Source: a virus
Lineage: Duplodnaviria; Heunggongvirae; Uroviricota; Caudoviricetes
Virus record (IMG/VR): IMGVR_UViG_3300026302_000005
Location: 1 to 64,000 of that record
Direction: 5' to 3' (one strand)
Length of the DNA: 64,000 bases
Shown here: one piece after another, positions 1-8,886 of the stretch
Layout of the letters: the number at the start of each line of letters is the position of its first letter
Numbering within the stretch: the first letter of the stretch is position 1
The notes under the pieces: generated by a model
Seen by the model: the letters and a program-made list of their open reading frames with translations, nothing else
Told to the model about the DNA's origin: nothing
Database searches by the model: none
Translations under genes and position numbers: made by a program

Positions 1-26
1 TAGAAGTCGAAGTTAGAGACCGCCAT
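1..26 (-). CDS. Possible start of a gene running off the left edge (MAVSNFDF...)
   Basis: ATG at 26 on the minus strand, preceded by TATAAATC (late-type motif); only 8 codons visible. Confidence 0.3.
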
Positions 27-62
27 CCCTGATTTATATCGACTACTGATCAGAGATGCAGG

Positions 63-91
63 TTGACATGATGGAAGAATCGCCGTATATA
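63..91 (+). promoter_or_regulatory. Sigma70-type promoter
   Basis: TTGACA (63-68), 17-nt spacer, TATATA (86-91). Confidence 0.7.
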
Positions 92-97
92 GATGGT

Positions 98-286
98 GTT
101 GTCGATGTGGAGGTTTCCCGCGTCAGGTCCAATCCCTGAGCATCGACAGGACTGCTCGCCCAAGCGGCTACCTACGGCTGTATGGGATGAGATTTTAGCA
201 TGTGCCGGTGAAGCGGCCAAAGCCATGAATAGCATCGACTACCCCGGGGTGAAAAACCATGGTCTTCTCGCAGTAGGCCCCCGGGA
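98..286 (+). ncRNA. Putative ~190-nt structured non-coding RNA
   Basis: Follows a near-consensus promoter with no credible ORF or RBS; stems TGTCGATG/CATCGACA (100-107/141-148), TCAGG/CCTGA with a 7-nt loop, GCCG/CGGC, GCCATG/CATGGT, ACTGC/GCAGT. Confidence 0.45.
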
Positions 287-1498
287 TCAACCCCCCAGAT
301 TTTCCGCCCAATCAATGATCCTGGCATACCACTCATCATAAGGATCGAACCGCTTGCGGTATTGCTGCTCGACCCGGGCCGGTCGTTTCCAGTCAACCGT
401 CTCCTGGTTGGTGTAGTATTTCGGATATCCACCCTTCTGCAACGGCGGCTCCATCTGGAATGCCCTACCCATGTGGGATCGAAGTATGGCCGCGTATTCA
501 TCGTCCATGCGGATGTAATGGCCCACCATCTGGTTCATCAGCACTTCTAGCATCCGGGCCTTCACCTGATCGTTGACTCCATACACGCGATTGATCATCG
601 GTGGTGAACCGGTCCCGTAATCGGATAGACTGGCCATCCCGATGATGAACCGGTCGATCAGCCATTGGTTCTCATGCCAATCCGGGTCCTCGATCTCGTA
701 GATTTTCTTGTCATAGAGGATCGCAAAGCTCTGACCATCCGACATCATCAGCCAGTCGCGGGGATTGCTGGTGTCGTAGTTCTTCTGCTGTGTTTTCGGT
801 GGCCGGTCGGCACGAACAGACTGAATAACCGTCCTGGCCTGCCCCACGGTAATCTGCTTGGTTTTGACCAGGTGGGAGTAGAAGCCACTCTCCATATAGT
901 CTCGCACCCATGCAGCATGCACCCGGCGTAGGTTGGCGGCACCGCTTGAGGTGAACCCACCAGAGTTGCGATTCGGATACCGGGTTCGGTTCAGCTTAAC
1001 CAACAGGGTTCCAAACCCAAAACGACGAAACTCACTAGCCACCCTGACCAGTAGGGTTCCCCACTCATCCTGGGTGTTACCGACGATCTGTCCGGTCTTC
1101 TTCTCTATCACGGCATGTTCATATCGGTATCGCTGATCTTCGGGGATCATCTGCTGAACTTCTTCCGGGCCCATGTAGACGAGTTGGTTCGATTCGTCAC
1201 GAACCGGTTCGCCATCGGGCGTCACTTTCAGATAGTTACCATCCCAACGATCCTTGGTCTGCTCCCGGACCTCGAACACCAGACCGTTGCGTGTGATCGT
1301 GTTCAGTAGGGTTTGGTATTCCTCCGACTTCTGATACTGGTTCAAATCCTCCAGATCGCTGTCATAGGCGCTGTCGGGATGGAACTTGTCACCCGGGTTC
1401 ACCAGGTTGTAGTATTCTTCAAACGTCATCAGTGCAGGATCGATGATCTTCTGCTGGAACGGCCTGGTGGCTTCGGAGAGGAACTGTTTCATACGCAT
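287..1498 (-). CDS. Phage protein with a GNAT-like acetyltransferase motif; putative head-packaged protein
   Basis: 408-aa ORF, likely start MRMKQFLSEA at 1498; motif VASEFRRFGFGTLL resembles GNAT motif A. Confidence 0.7.
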   Translation of the reverse strand: MRMKQFLSEATRPFQQKIIDPALMTFEEYYNLVNPGDKFHPDSAYDSDLEDLNQYQKSEEYQTLLNTITRNGLVFEVREQTKDRWDGNYLKVTPDGEPVRDESNQLVYMGPEEVQQMIPEDQRYRYEHAVIEKKTGQIVGNTQDEWGTLLVRVASEFRRFGFGTLLVKLNRTRYPNRNSGGFTSSGAANLRRVHAAWVRDYMESGFYSHLVKTKQITVGQARTVIQSVRADRPPKTQQKNYDTSNPRDWLMMSDGQSFAILYDKKIYEIEDPDWHENQWLIDRFIIGMASLSDYGTGSPPMINRVYGVNDQVKARMLEVLMNQMVGHYIRMDDEYAAILRSHMGRAFQMEPPLQKGGYPKYYTNQETVDWKRPARVEQQYRKRFDPYDEWYARIIDWAENLGG

Positions 1499-1543
1499 GT
1501 CTGTATTTGGCAAAAAAAAGTGAAAAAAGATGCAAGTTGGGTG

Positions 1544-1572
1544 TTGACAGCCATGGGTGTGTCAGTTATATG
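1544..1572 (+). promoter_or_regulatory. Sigma70-type promoter of the large ncRNA
   Basis: Upstream A-tracts, TTGACA (1544-1549), N17, TATATG (1567-1572). Confidence 0.65.
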
Positions 1573-1577
1573 ACTTC

Positions 1578-2352
1578 CTACGAAGCGTGAGTTGCAGCCT
1601 CGGGTAACTGAGGTGAATGGGATGTGGTGCTATCGCCCTCCCTGCCGGTGAAAGTCGGTAAGTTTACGCAAGCCTAACTCTGGTGTAAGAACCGCAATTC
1701 ATGTTTAGAGCGTGGGTTGCAGTTTGGGAACGTCGGGGTCCGTGTTAAGGTCGGAGCCAATCGGTGAGACCAAATTCTGGCGGGAGCTAGGAGACGGGCC
1801 ATTCCACCCGATGCCAAATGAGAGTGAAGGGTAGGGATATAGTCGAGGGTTCGCGCCCGACGGCATTATTCCAGTCTCATGGGTATCCCCTTGATCGGGG
1901 CAAGTATCCAGAAAGACGGCGAGTAACCCCGCAAGGGTGAAAGTAGAAGGTCGTGTCGGACTTTGTGCGGGCAACCGTATGAACCGATTGTTGAAGCACG
2001 ATCTTGATGGATGTTTCCGGTGGGTTGCATGAAACAACTCATATCATAAAAACGGAAAGCCTTCAACGCTGTGGTGAGTAAGAGGTCAAACCCCCCAGGG
2101 GTGTCACGTGGGTCCCAAGCCCATTTGATCTTAGGAAAGATGTTCGTAGCGGCTGATCCCTGATGCGAGTGTTGGAACTGAGTAGATCACTACAGGACGA
2201 CGCTACTGCCTGCGTCTCATAAATCGGCGACCTCAGACGGGCTACGGGTGAAAGCTCGTGGAAAAAGGTCCAGCTTAGCGGCGTCCCACCGGGCATGCTA
2301 GGGTAAAGACCGAAGGCACGTCATCATGGGTATGTCTAAGCCCATTCTCATA
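1578..2352 (+). ncRNA. Large ornate ncRNA, GOLLD-like (~780 nt)
   Basis: Stretch with no credible ORF, bounded by a promoter and terminator; many GNRA-capped hairpins with G-U pairs (1598-1613 GTAA, 1643-1660 GAAA, 1928-1937 GCAA, 1966-1979 GCAA, 2242-2261 GAAA); size, phage/tRNA context and the ...TCTCA 3' end fit GOLLD as recalled. Family assignment needs a covariance-model search. Confidence 0.65.
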
Positions 2353-2355
2353 CGG

Positions 2356-2388
2356 AACGCCCAGTGAACCATGTTCACTGGGCGTTTT
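2356..2388 (+). terminator. Intrinsic terminator
   Basis: Perfect 14-bp stem AACGCCCAGTGAAC/GTTCACTGGGCGTT ending in a T run. Confidence 0.85.
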
Positions 2389-2463
2389 GCATTTCCGGGT
2401 TGTGAGTTCATCTGGGCTGTGATAGGTTCGAATCACCTATCAATCCAATACAGGACACCACAC

Positions 2464-3081
2464 ATGGGAACTCGCGGAACCTACGGTTTTCGTCACAAGG
2501 AAACCGACTATCTGACCTACAACCACTCTGACAGCTACCCGGATGGACTTGGCGATGATATTGCCAAGTCATTGCGAGAGTTCTTCACCGGTGGCGGCAA
2601 CATCGACACGTTGCGGGCCCAGGTCGAACAGATGCGTATGATCGACGACGAATCCGGCATCCCGACCGTGGAAGACCAGGAACGGTTCAAGGACCTCTGG
2701 AGCAACGTCAGCAACGGCAAAGACTGGTATTCGCTGCTCCGTGGCTTGCAGGGCGATATCCTGGCCCATCTTGATGCGGGTGTGATGATTGCCGGAAACG
2801 ACTTCATCATGGACAGCCTGTTCTGCGAGTGGGGTTACATCGTGAACCTCGACACCGGCCAGCTTGAAGTCTACAAGGGCTTCCAGGACGAACTGCACGA
2901 ACTGGGCCGCTATGGTGGAGAGGTTCCTGATCCGGAGCCCTACCCGAGTGGACACCCCCGGGACAAATACTACGGATGTGCCCTGGTCGGGACATGGCCG
3001 ATTGACGATCTTCCCGTCGGCTTTGGCGAAATGGTCACAAAGCTGGCCTATCCGGAAGATGGCGAAGAAGAGGCTGCATGA
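2464..3081 (+). CDS. Conserved phage hypothetical protein (MGTR...Y.H.D.YP family)
   Basis: ATG 2464 after AGGA; N-terminal MGTRG..YNHSDSYP motif and C-terminal EWGYIVNLD motif. Confidence 0.75.
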   Translation: MGTRGTYGFRHKETDYLTYNHSDSYPDGLGDDIAKSLREFFTGGGNIDTLRAQVEQMRMIDDESGIPTVEDQERFKDLWSNVSNGKDWYSLLRGLQGDILAHLDAGVMIAGNDFIMDSLFCEWGYIVNLDTGQLEVYKGFQDELHELGRYGGEVPDPEPYPSGHPRDKYYGCALVGTWPIDDLPVGFGEMVTKLAYPEDGEEEAA

Positions 3082-3085
3082 ACTC

Positions 3086-3118
3086 GTGACCCGGGACGGA
3101 CCTTTCCTCCCGGGTCAC
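3086..3118 (+). terminator. Stem-loop, putative terminator
   Basis: 11-bp stem GTGACCCGGGA/TCCCGGGTCAC directly after the stop codon; no clear U tract. Confidence 0.5.
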
Positions 3119-3133
3119 TAACATATGGGATCA

Positions 3134-3162
3134 TTGAATACACTGGGTGGTGATCCTATATT
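3134..3162 (+). promoter_or_regulatory. Putative sigma70-type promoter
   Basis: TTGAAT-N17-TATATT, overlapped by a GGATCA/TGATCC inverted repeat. Confidence 0.45.
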
Positions 3163-3192
3163 GTGAAGTGCATCACCACCCAGGGTATCCTC

Positions 3193-3777
3193 ATGAATAC
3201 GCACGACACGGCCCCGAATTTTCTGTTGCTAGACTGGCCGGTATTCGATTTTCAAACGGACCTGACACGGCTGCTGGCCTCCAATGCCATCTCCTGGAGC
3301 CAGAACCAGATATGCCTGAACACCGTGGCAGATCAACCAGACAACATACATCTCGGGGTCGGCAACCTCTATTATGATTGGAAGAATGCCATAGACGTGG
3401 TTCGTGAAGACGGACACATCGAACGGCATGTCCCCAAGTTGGAGAATCCCCTATTGGATTCAGACTTCACCATGCTGTGCTCACAATTCAAAGATACTGC
3501 TTTTGAAGAGGCAATGCTACAGCTATCTCGACACTATCGGGTGGGACGAGTCCGGTTGATGAAAATGTCGATGAAGTCTTGTCTGACCTGGCATGTGGAT
3601 TATTCACCACGTATCCACTATCCAATCATCACCGGCCCCGGTGCCATGATGGTGATTGATACCGAGGTGATGCATCTGGAGCAAAACCAATGGTATTGGA
3701 CCAACACGACGAGGCACCACACCGCACTCAATGGTTCATCGGCAGAACGAATTCATCTGGTGGCTGCGGTAGAATGA
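3193..3777 (+). CDS. 2OG-Fe(II) dioxygenase, aspartyl/asparaginyl beta-hydroxylase-like
   Basis: WHVD...RIHYPI...HHTALN...RIHLV cupin facial triad and 2OG-binding Arg. Confidence 0.8.
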   Translation: MNTHDTAPNFLLLDWPVFDFQTDLTRLLASNAISWSQNQICLNTVADQPDNIHLGVGNLYYDWKNAIDVVREDGHIERHVPKLENPLLDSDFTMLCSQFKDTAFEEAMLQLSRHYRVGRVRLMKMSMKSCLTWHVDYSPRIHYPIITGPGAMMVIDTEVMHLEQNQWYWTNTTRHHTALNGSSAERIHLVAAVE

Positions 3778-4358
3778 CAGATGTTCGCACCTATACCCAA
3801 GATCACCAGGACATTGCAACTGTCAAATCCGAGGTCATGGAACTGTTTCAATCATCCAAGAACGACGCGAAGGCACCGAACTATACCGCAAACCGACTTG
3901 ATCTTGATTCGCTGATCGCCCTCACTGTTCACCGGGTTGGTGGATTGATCGTCAGCTTCTCATCGATCCTTCACCGCCCGCTGTTCAACAACTCAGTGCG
4001 AATACTGAACCGGTATTACCAACACCCCAGCCTGCGTGATATCAGAGCTTTACCAAATGGCATGCGTGAGGACGTGGTGTTGGGGGTCAACCAACAGATC
4101 GAGATTGCAACCAGCCTGGGATACGATTTGGTGTTCATCAGTCGGGAAGGTCGTAATCCCGCCGCACTGCGTTTCTGGATCAACAACTACGATCAGGAAT
4201 GGACCGTATCACCGTATCTCCATCAGGTGTGTGCGGCGGATTGTCCGGAGTGTTATCAATGGATAATGTATCATCGACTAACCCCTGGAATTGACCCATA
4301 CACGGTGCTAAATACCTTCATATCCAGAGAAGAATTCGAGGACAGATATCGATCATGA
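3774..4358 (+). CDS. Hypothetical protein, possibly GNAT-like fold
   Basis: ATGA overlap with neighbours; RILNRYY..P.LR segment; Cys cluster near the C-terminus. Confidence 0.6.
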   Translation: MTDVRTYTQDHQDIATVKSEVMELFQSSKNDAKAPNYTANRLDLDSLIALTVHRVGGLIVSFSSILHRPLFNNSVRILNRYYQHPSLRDIRALPNGMREDVVLGVNQQIEIATSLGYDLVFISREGRNPAALRFWINNYDQEWTVSPYLHQVCAADCPECYQWIMYHRLTPGIDPYTVLNTFISREEFEDRYRS

Positions 4359-5296
4359 AGTATGTAGAGTTGCCCCCCGAGGAGAACACTTTTTCCAATA
4401 TCATGGTCGATATCACGCACAAGTGCAACATGGAATGCGCCAACTGCTATATCCCAAACCGGGACATCCCGGACATGGACCTCGACCGGCTCTATGATGC
4501 GCTGAAACGATTGCCAACACGAACCTACATCCGTCTGGTAGGTGCAGAGCCTACCATGCACCCCAACCTGGCTGACATCATTTCAATGGTCAAGAAGCTC
4601 GGCCACCGCCCCAGTGTGACAACCAATGGGTTGAAACTGGCCAATATGAAGTATCTGGAGACGCTACGGGATGCCGGTCTACGCCTACTTCTGTTGAGCA
4701 TGAATGGAGCCGACGAGGATCACGTATATCGTGATCTCGACAATGGCAACTGGGCGACCGTTAAGGTGCGAGCCCTACGCAACATCATGAAGCTGCGTCT
4801 CCCATTCAATACCGGGACCATCATTGCCCGTGACGTAAACCCCCATTCGATATCCCGGCAAATCGAAGTGGTCACCAAAATTGCTCTGGAACTGGGCATC
4901 AACTTCGACACCACGCCTCCATACAACCACATCACACCAGTGATCCGTATGAAGAGCGTAGGGGTGATCGGGCGAAACATGGGTGGTAGCTGCTACTACC
5001 CGTTGCAGGAGCTTGCGCAGTTGACCGCTGACCAGCTTGGTATCCCATACGATACGATCATCAACAGCCCCACAACGTCCGGAGTGGTCAAGTCGGGCAA
5101 CTACAACACCGCTCTTACGGGATTGATGATCCCGGTCCCCACCGAAGCCGGGACGATCCTGCTTCGCTTTACCGACTGGGGGATTGACGATGATGGAGTG
5201 GTGGACGGTGGTAACCCAAATCGGGGACGACTGACCGAGGATTTCAAAATCGCTCCCTTCTTTGAGCACGTCAAACTAAACGAGTTTGGATACTGA
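4355..5296 (+). CDS. Radical SAM protein (MoaA-like)
   Basis: CNMECANC motif, GAEP and TTNG motifs. Confidence 0.9.
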   Translation: MKYVELPPEENTFSNIMVDITHKCNMECANCYIPNRDIPDMDLDRLYDALKRLPTRTYIRLVGAEPTMHPNLADIISMVKKLGHRPSVTTNGLKLANMKYLETLRDAGLRLLLLSMNGADEDHVYRDLDNGNWATVKVRALRNIMKLRLPFNTGTIIARDVNPHSISRQIEVVTKIALELGINFDTTPPYNHITPVIRMKSVGVIGRNMGGSCYYPLQELAQLTADQLGIPYDTIINSPTTSGVVKSGNYNTALTGLMIPVPTEAGTILLRFTDWGIDDDGVVDGGNPNRGRLTEDFKIAPFFEHVKLNEFGY

Positions 5297-5297
5297 C

Positions 5298-5996
5298 ATG
5301 ACCCGACCCTTCCCGTTCAAGATTGCATTCTCTGATCTGGTAAACCATTCGATGGCCGATCTGCTGAACCAGTATGGACTGATCCATGTATACGATACGC
5401 CAAAACTAACGGCGGATCAGTATCATCAGTGGGGAGAGCAGATCGGGAAGCTGTTGATCGGCCATCGACATCTGGCAAACGCCGAAGGGACCGTGCATGA
5501 CATCAGCAGTGGTGCTGCCCTCCAGGACAAGTCGCTACCATGGCACAACGACTACAGCTATGGTCGGGGGGACTACTTCGGATCGGCCCTCTACAACGTC
5601 GAGAACGGCCACATGTGTGACACAGAGTTCGCCGACATGACCATCATCCCGGAAGAGATCAAGGCCGTCTACAGGGGTGTGATAGCGAGCCATCGCATAC
5701 CCGATTCGTTTACCCAGGAGTTCACAGATCGAGAGCGTGAAATTCTGGATCGTCGATATGCAAAGCACCCGCTGGTGTCTGTTCATCCCAATGGCATGGA
5801 AACCGTGTATTGCTCCCCAGCGTCTATCGTAGATGATATCGATATCGCCCCAATCGTAGACTGGAGCGAGCGGCATTCATACGTCCACAAGTGGGTTGAT
5901 GGCGATCTGCTGTTCTGGGATAACCGTCAGCTTATGCACCGTCGCGGCCCATTACTGGGACCTCGCAGAATGTGGCGGATTCAGTTTATCCTATAG
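5298..5996 (+). CDS. TauD/TfdA-family dioxygenase
   Basis: WHND motif and HKW..GDLLFWDNR..MHRR C-terminal signature. Confidence 0.85.
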   Translation: MTRPFPFKIAFSDLVNHSMADLLNQYGLIHVYDTPKLTADQYHQWGEQIGKLLIGHRHLANAEGTVHDISSGAALQDKSLPWHNDYSYGRGDYFGSALYNVENGHMCDTEFADMTIIPEEIKAVYRGVIASHRIPDSFTQEFTDREREILDRRYAKHPLVSVHPNGMETVYCSPASIVDDIDIAPIVDWSERHSYVHKWVDGDLLFWDNRQLMHRRGPLLGPRRMWRIQFIL

Positions 5997-6477
5997 GATT
6001 AAACAGCCTGTAAAGCTCTTCCACCGGCACATCAAAACCAATGCTCAGCACAATACGGCGTTTATCATATGCCGTATTGTCAACACGGTGTTCTGCATGG
6101 ATCGACAGACCCAGGGCAGTCTTTAAGTTTGCCCGCTGAACAAGCTCTGTCCCATCCATGAAGTCAACGAAGCTCCGGTCGTTGTCGGCCTGCACCGCGA
6201 TATTGATCGCAGACACCCGAGTTGGAAAGTAGTCGGTGTCCCTGTGGGTCGTGCTTAACATCCCGGGGGGAACAACCACCAACGCGATGATGCTGTATGG
6301 ATGTGGCAGTCGATCAAGAATCGGTTTAAGACGCTTGAGGTCATCGGCAGTTTCAAATTCGAACCACTTGATGTCTTTGAATGGTTCATCGATCTGTTCT
6401 CCCATATTCAACAACCAGTTCTGGTTCTCTTCATCAAGGAGGCTAATCGATAGGTCGGGGATCGGGAAGCATTTCAT
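5986..6477 (-). CDS. Small 2OG-Fe(II)/cupin dioxygenase-like protein
   Basis: HRD...INI...HRVDN...RIVLSI pattern. Confidence 0.7.
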   Translation of the reverse strand: MKCFPIPDLSISLLDEENQNWLLNMGEQIDEPFKDIKWFEFETADDLKRLKPILDRLPHPYSIIALVVVPPGMLSTTHRDTDYFPTRVSAINIAVQADNDRSFVDFMDGTELVQRANLKTALGLSIHAEHRVDNTAYDKRRIVLSIGFDVPVEELYRLFNPIG

Positions 6478-8555
6478 GTCTGTTCTATGTCCTCAATAGC
6501 TCTCAGGCGGGTTTGCACATTCAAGATACCATCATCATGATGGGCAACTCGAATCTGTCCGTTGGTCTGTTCGAACCACTGCACACCCCGCGCATTGGCG
6601 GAATGTCCAAGGTTGTAAACAAACGTGTTGGTCTTGATAAACAGGTAATCGTGTCCACCTGCCATAAAATACAGCGCCAGGTCTCTTGATACTGTCCCAG
6701 GGAACGAATTGGTCGATCCGAGCCTATCAATACCCATGGCGTATGTGGTATCGGTGTGGTGCAACTCTTGTGTATCGAAATACGTCAACCAATCATACTC
6801 AGTGTCAAACGAGTGAGTGTAAGCCAGTGGCCCTCGCACCACAACGTTCTGATTGAAAATCAACAGATCATCAATGACAGCCGGATCGACATCAACAAAG
6901 GTAGCTTTTACGAATTGGGCGAAGTCTGAATAAAATGCATTACGCCGCGTCGTGTCTCCATGAACGAACATCCATCCATTGACCAGTGCATTGATGCGGG
7001 GAGGGTGATCGGGGCTCACGATGCGAACATCGTATACCGGATGGGCATACGCTTTCTTGATGGCATTGGTAAAGCCGGTCCACCACTCGGTGTTGTGTTC
7101 ACGCTGCCAGTTCATGAAACCGTATATGATGGCACTGGCTGGAACCGCATGTTGCCGATTCAGGTATTGCCCAGCAAAATAGACGGTCTTTCCGAGCCAC
7201 AGGATTTGCATCAGTTCGTGATACCACAGAGCCTGGTCAATATCGGCGGCAGTCATGGTGGATGTAGACTTAATGACGGTGCGCTGTTCTGTCTCGTCGG
7301 GGATAGGGGATCGGAGGATCGGTCCAACCGTCCAGGTCAGTCCATACTTCTCATCATCCCGTTTCAGGTTCATTGGAGAGTTCTCCAAAAGCTCCAGCCG
7401 GTTGACATATACGTCAAACGGATTGTTGGTCAACAACCTGTCAATACCGGCGACGAACGAGTCCAGCGTTTCAAGCGGCAATCCAAGAATCATCTCATCG
7501 TAGTATGGGATGTTGTTCTTGGTGAAGTTGTCTGTGATCCACTGGAAATCCGTGGTGATGGACATATTGTGTCGTTTGATAGCTTCCAGCGTTGGGGGAT
7601 GCAATGACTGCAAACTGAATGATCCGCCCATGCTGGTAAGCCCCGCAGCATCAGCCAGTTTAGCAATCTCCATCGTGCGACGTTTGTTGTTCTTGGCATA
7701 TGCCACGATTACGCTATGCAACCGAGTGTCCGACAGCATGGCCTTTCGTGCTATCAGATACTCAATGATTTCAACATCACGTTCCAAGATACCAAAGTTG
7801 GCATCAGCGATCACGATCTCATGTGCGTATTGCAATGCCCATTCGATGTCGTCCTGGATACGCTTCATCGAGAACTTGCGAAGTTTTTCCTCAAGACCCC
7901 AATCACAGAAGGTGCAGGAATACGGGCAACCTCGGTTGGTTTCTATAATGCTGATCAACCGATCATCCCGATTCTCTTGAACCACCCGGTCGTATATTCC
8001 AAGAGTTCCCGGAGATGGAACTTCCATCACCGCCTGATGCTGTATTTGACGTCGGTTTGTGGAATGGTTTACTACCACCCCATCCACCACCCAGTTGTAG
8101 CAATCGGTGAAGTATTCACTGTGCATGATACCGCGTTCCGCCAGTATCTTACGCAGGATCATCTCCAGGGGGATTTCTCCCTCAGACCAAACCAGATAGT
8201 CGTATTGGGGATTGTCGGCAACGAATTTGTCAAATCGATCCTGTCGCTGTGGCACATCCGGGCCCCCAACGATGATGATGACGTTCGGGAACTTCTCCCT
8301 GATACCCTTGGTGAGTTTGTTTGTCCGGACTCGGTTCCACGTATACATGCTGACCAACACCACGTCCGGGATGCCAAACCGGTCTACCCGATCCAGCAGT
8401 TCCATGACCGAGTGGTCATACCGAGTTCCGATATCGGTCAGGTGAAGGTGTTCGTAGACATCAGGGTGTGTGGAAAGGTATGCCCACAACACACCAATGC
8501 TGGATGGTAGGGTTTGTGTCGTCCCCCGGAGTTGAAGACCCCATATATTCAGCAT
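6474..8555 (-). CDS. Cobalamin-binding radical SAM enzyme
   Basis: N-terminal B12-binding region (YTWN...GGPD...SEGE), ETNRGCPYSCTFCDW, DANFG, ILGLP.ET. Confidence 0.9.
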   Translation of the reverse strand: MLNIWGLQLRGTTQTLPSSIGVLWAYLSTHPDVYEHLHLTDIGTRYDHSVMELLDRVDRFGIPDVVLVSMYTWNRVRTNKLTKGIREKFPNVIIIVGGPDVPQRQDRFDKFVADNPQYDYLVWSEGEIPLEMILRKILAERGIMHSEYFTDCYNWVVDGVVVNHSTNRRQIQHQAVMEVPSPGTLGIYDRVVQENRDDRLISIIETNRGCPYSCTFCDWGLEEKLRKFSMKRIQDDIEWALQYAHEIVIADANFGILERDVEIIEYLIARKAMLSDTRLHSVIVAYAKNNKRRTMEIAKLADAAGLTSMGGSFSLQSLHPPTLEAIKRHNMSITTDFQWITDNFTKNNIPYYDEMILGLPLETLDSFVAGIDRLLTNNPFDVYVNRLELLENSPMNLKRDDEKYGLTWTVGPILRSPIPDETEQRTVIKSTSTMTAADIDQALWYHELMQILWLGKTVYFAGQYLNRQHAVPASAIIYGFMNWQREHNTEWWTGFTNAIKKAYAHPVYDVRIVSPDHPPRINALVNGWMFVHGDTTRRNAFYSDFAQFVKATFVDVDPAVIDDLLIFNQNVVVRGPLAYTHSFDTEYDWLTYFDTQELHHTDTTYAMGIDRLGSTNSFPGTVSRDLALYFMAGGHDYLFIKTNTFVYNLGHSANARGVQWFEQTNGQIRVAHHDDGILNVQTRLRAIEDIEQT

Positions 8556-8590
8556 TTACTACAGTCTCACGGTATGGTTGATACCAAGTC

Positions 8591-8619
8591 TATATAGGGT
8601 TTGCCCGGGTCTCTGTCAA
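8591..8619 (-). promoter_or_regulatory. Sigma70-type promoter for the B12-radical SAM operon
   Basis: Minus strand TTGACA-N17-TATATA. Confidence 0.7.
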
Positions 8620-8647
8620 CGTCGCCACAGATTATGCACATCGGGGG

Positions 8648-8676
8648 TTGACAGATACCGATTCGACTGCTAAATA
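8648..8676 (+). promoter_or_regulatory. Promoter of the tRNA/GluRS operon
   Basis: TTGACA-N17-TAAATA; the -10 element coincides with the late-type TAAATA motif. Confidence 0.7.
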
Positions 8677-8693
8677 CAGTCACAACGAGGTAT

Positions 8694-8766
8694 GCCCTTG
8701 CCGTTTGGATACGGGCCGGGTCTTCTAAGCCAGGGACTGGGGGTTCGAATCCCTCCTGGGGCACCA
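8694..8766 (+). tRNA. tRNA-Arg(UCU), atypical short D arm
   Basis: Acceptor GCCCTTG/CTGGGGC, loop CTTCTAA, T arm GGGGG-TTCGAAT-CCCTC, encoded ACCA. Confidence 0.8.
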
Positions 8767-8886
8767 ACATAGGAATACGATGATGAACAAGTGTGAAGAA
8801 CAAAGACGGGGGACAGAGTAACGGACGGCGAAAGCTGACTGATCTGTTCCCTATGGCCCGCCGCTCTGGTGGGCCTTTTCATTTCT

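Noticed and set aside
121-135. GTCAGGTCC resembling SRP RNA
   Set aside because: The following GGAAGGAAGCAGC helix-8 motif is absent
93-341. 82-aa ORF on the + strand
   Set aside because: ATG lies immediately after the -10 box, there is no RBS, and it overlaps the convergent gene; RNA structure explains the region better
1705-2296. Short minus-strand ORFs inside the large RNA
   Set aside because: No RBS, atypical composition, antisense to a promoter-terminator unit
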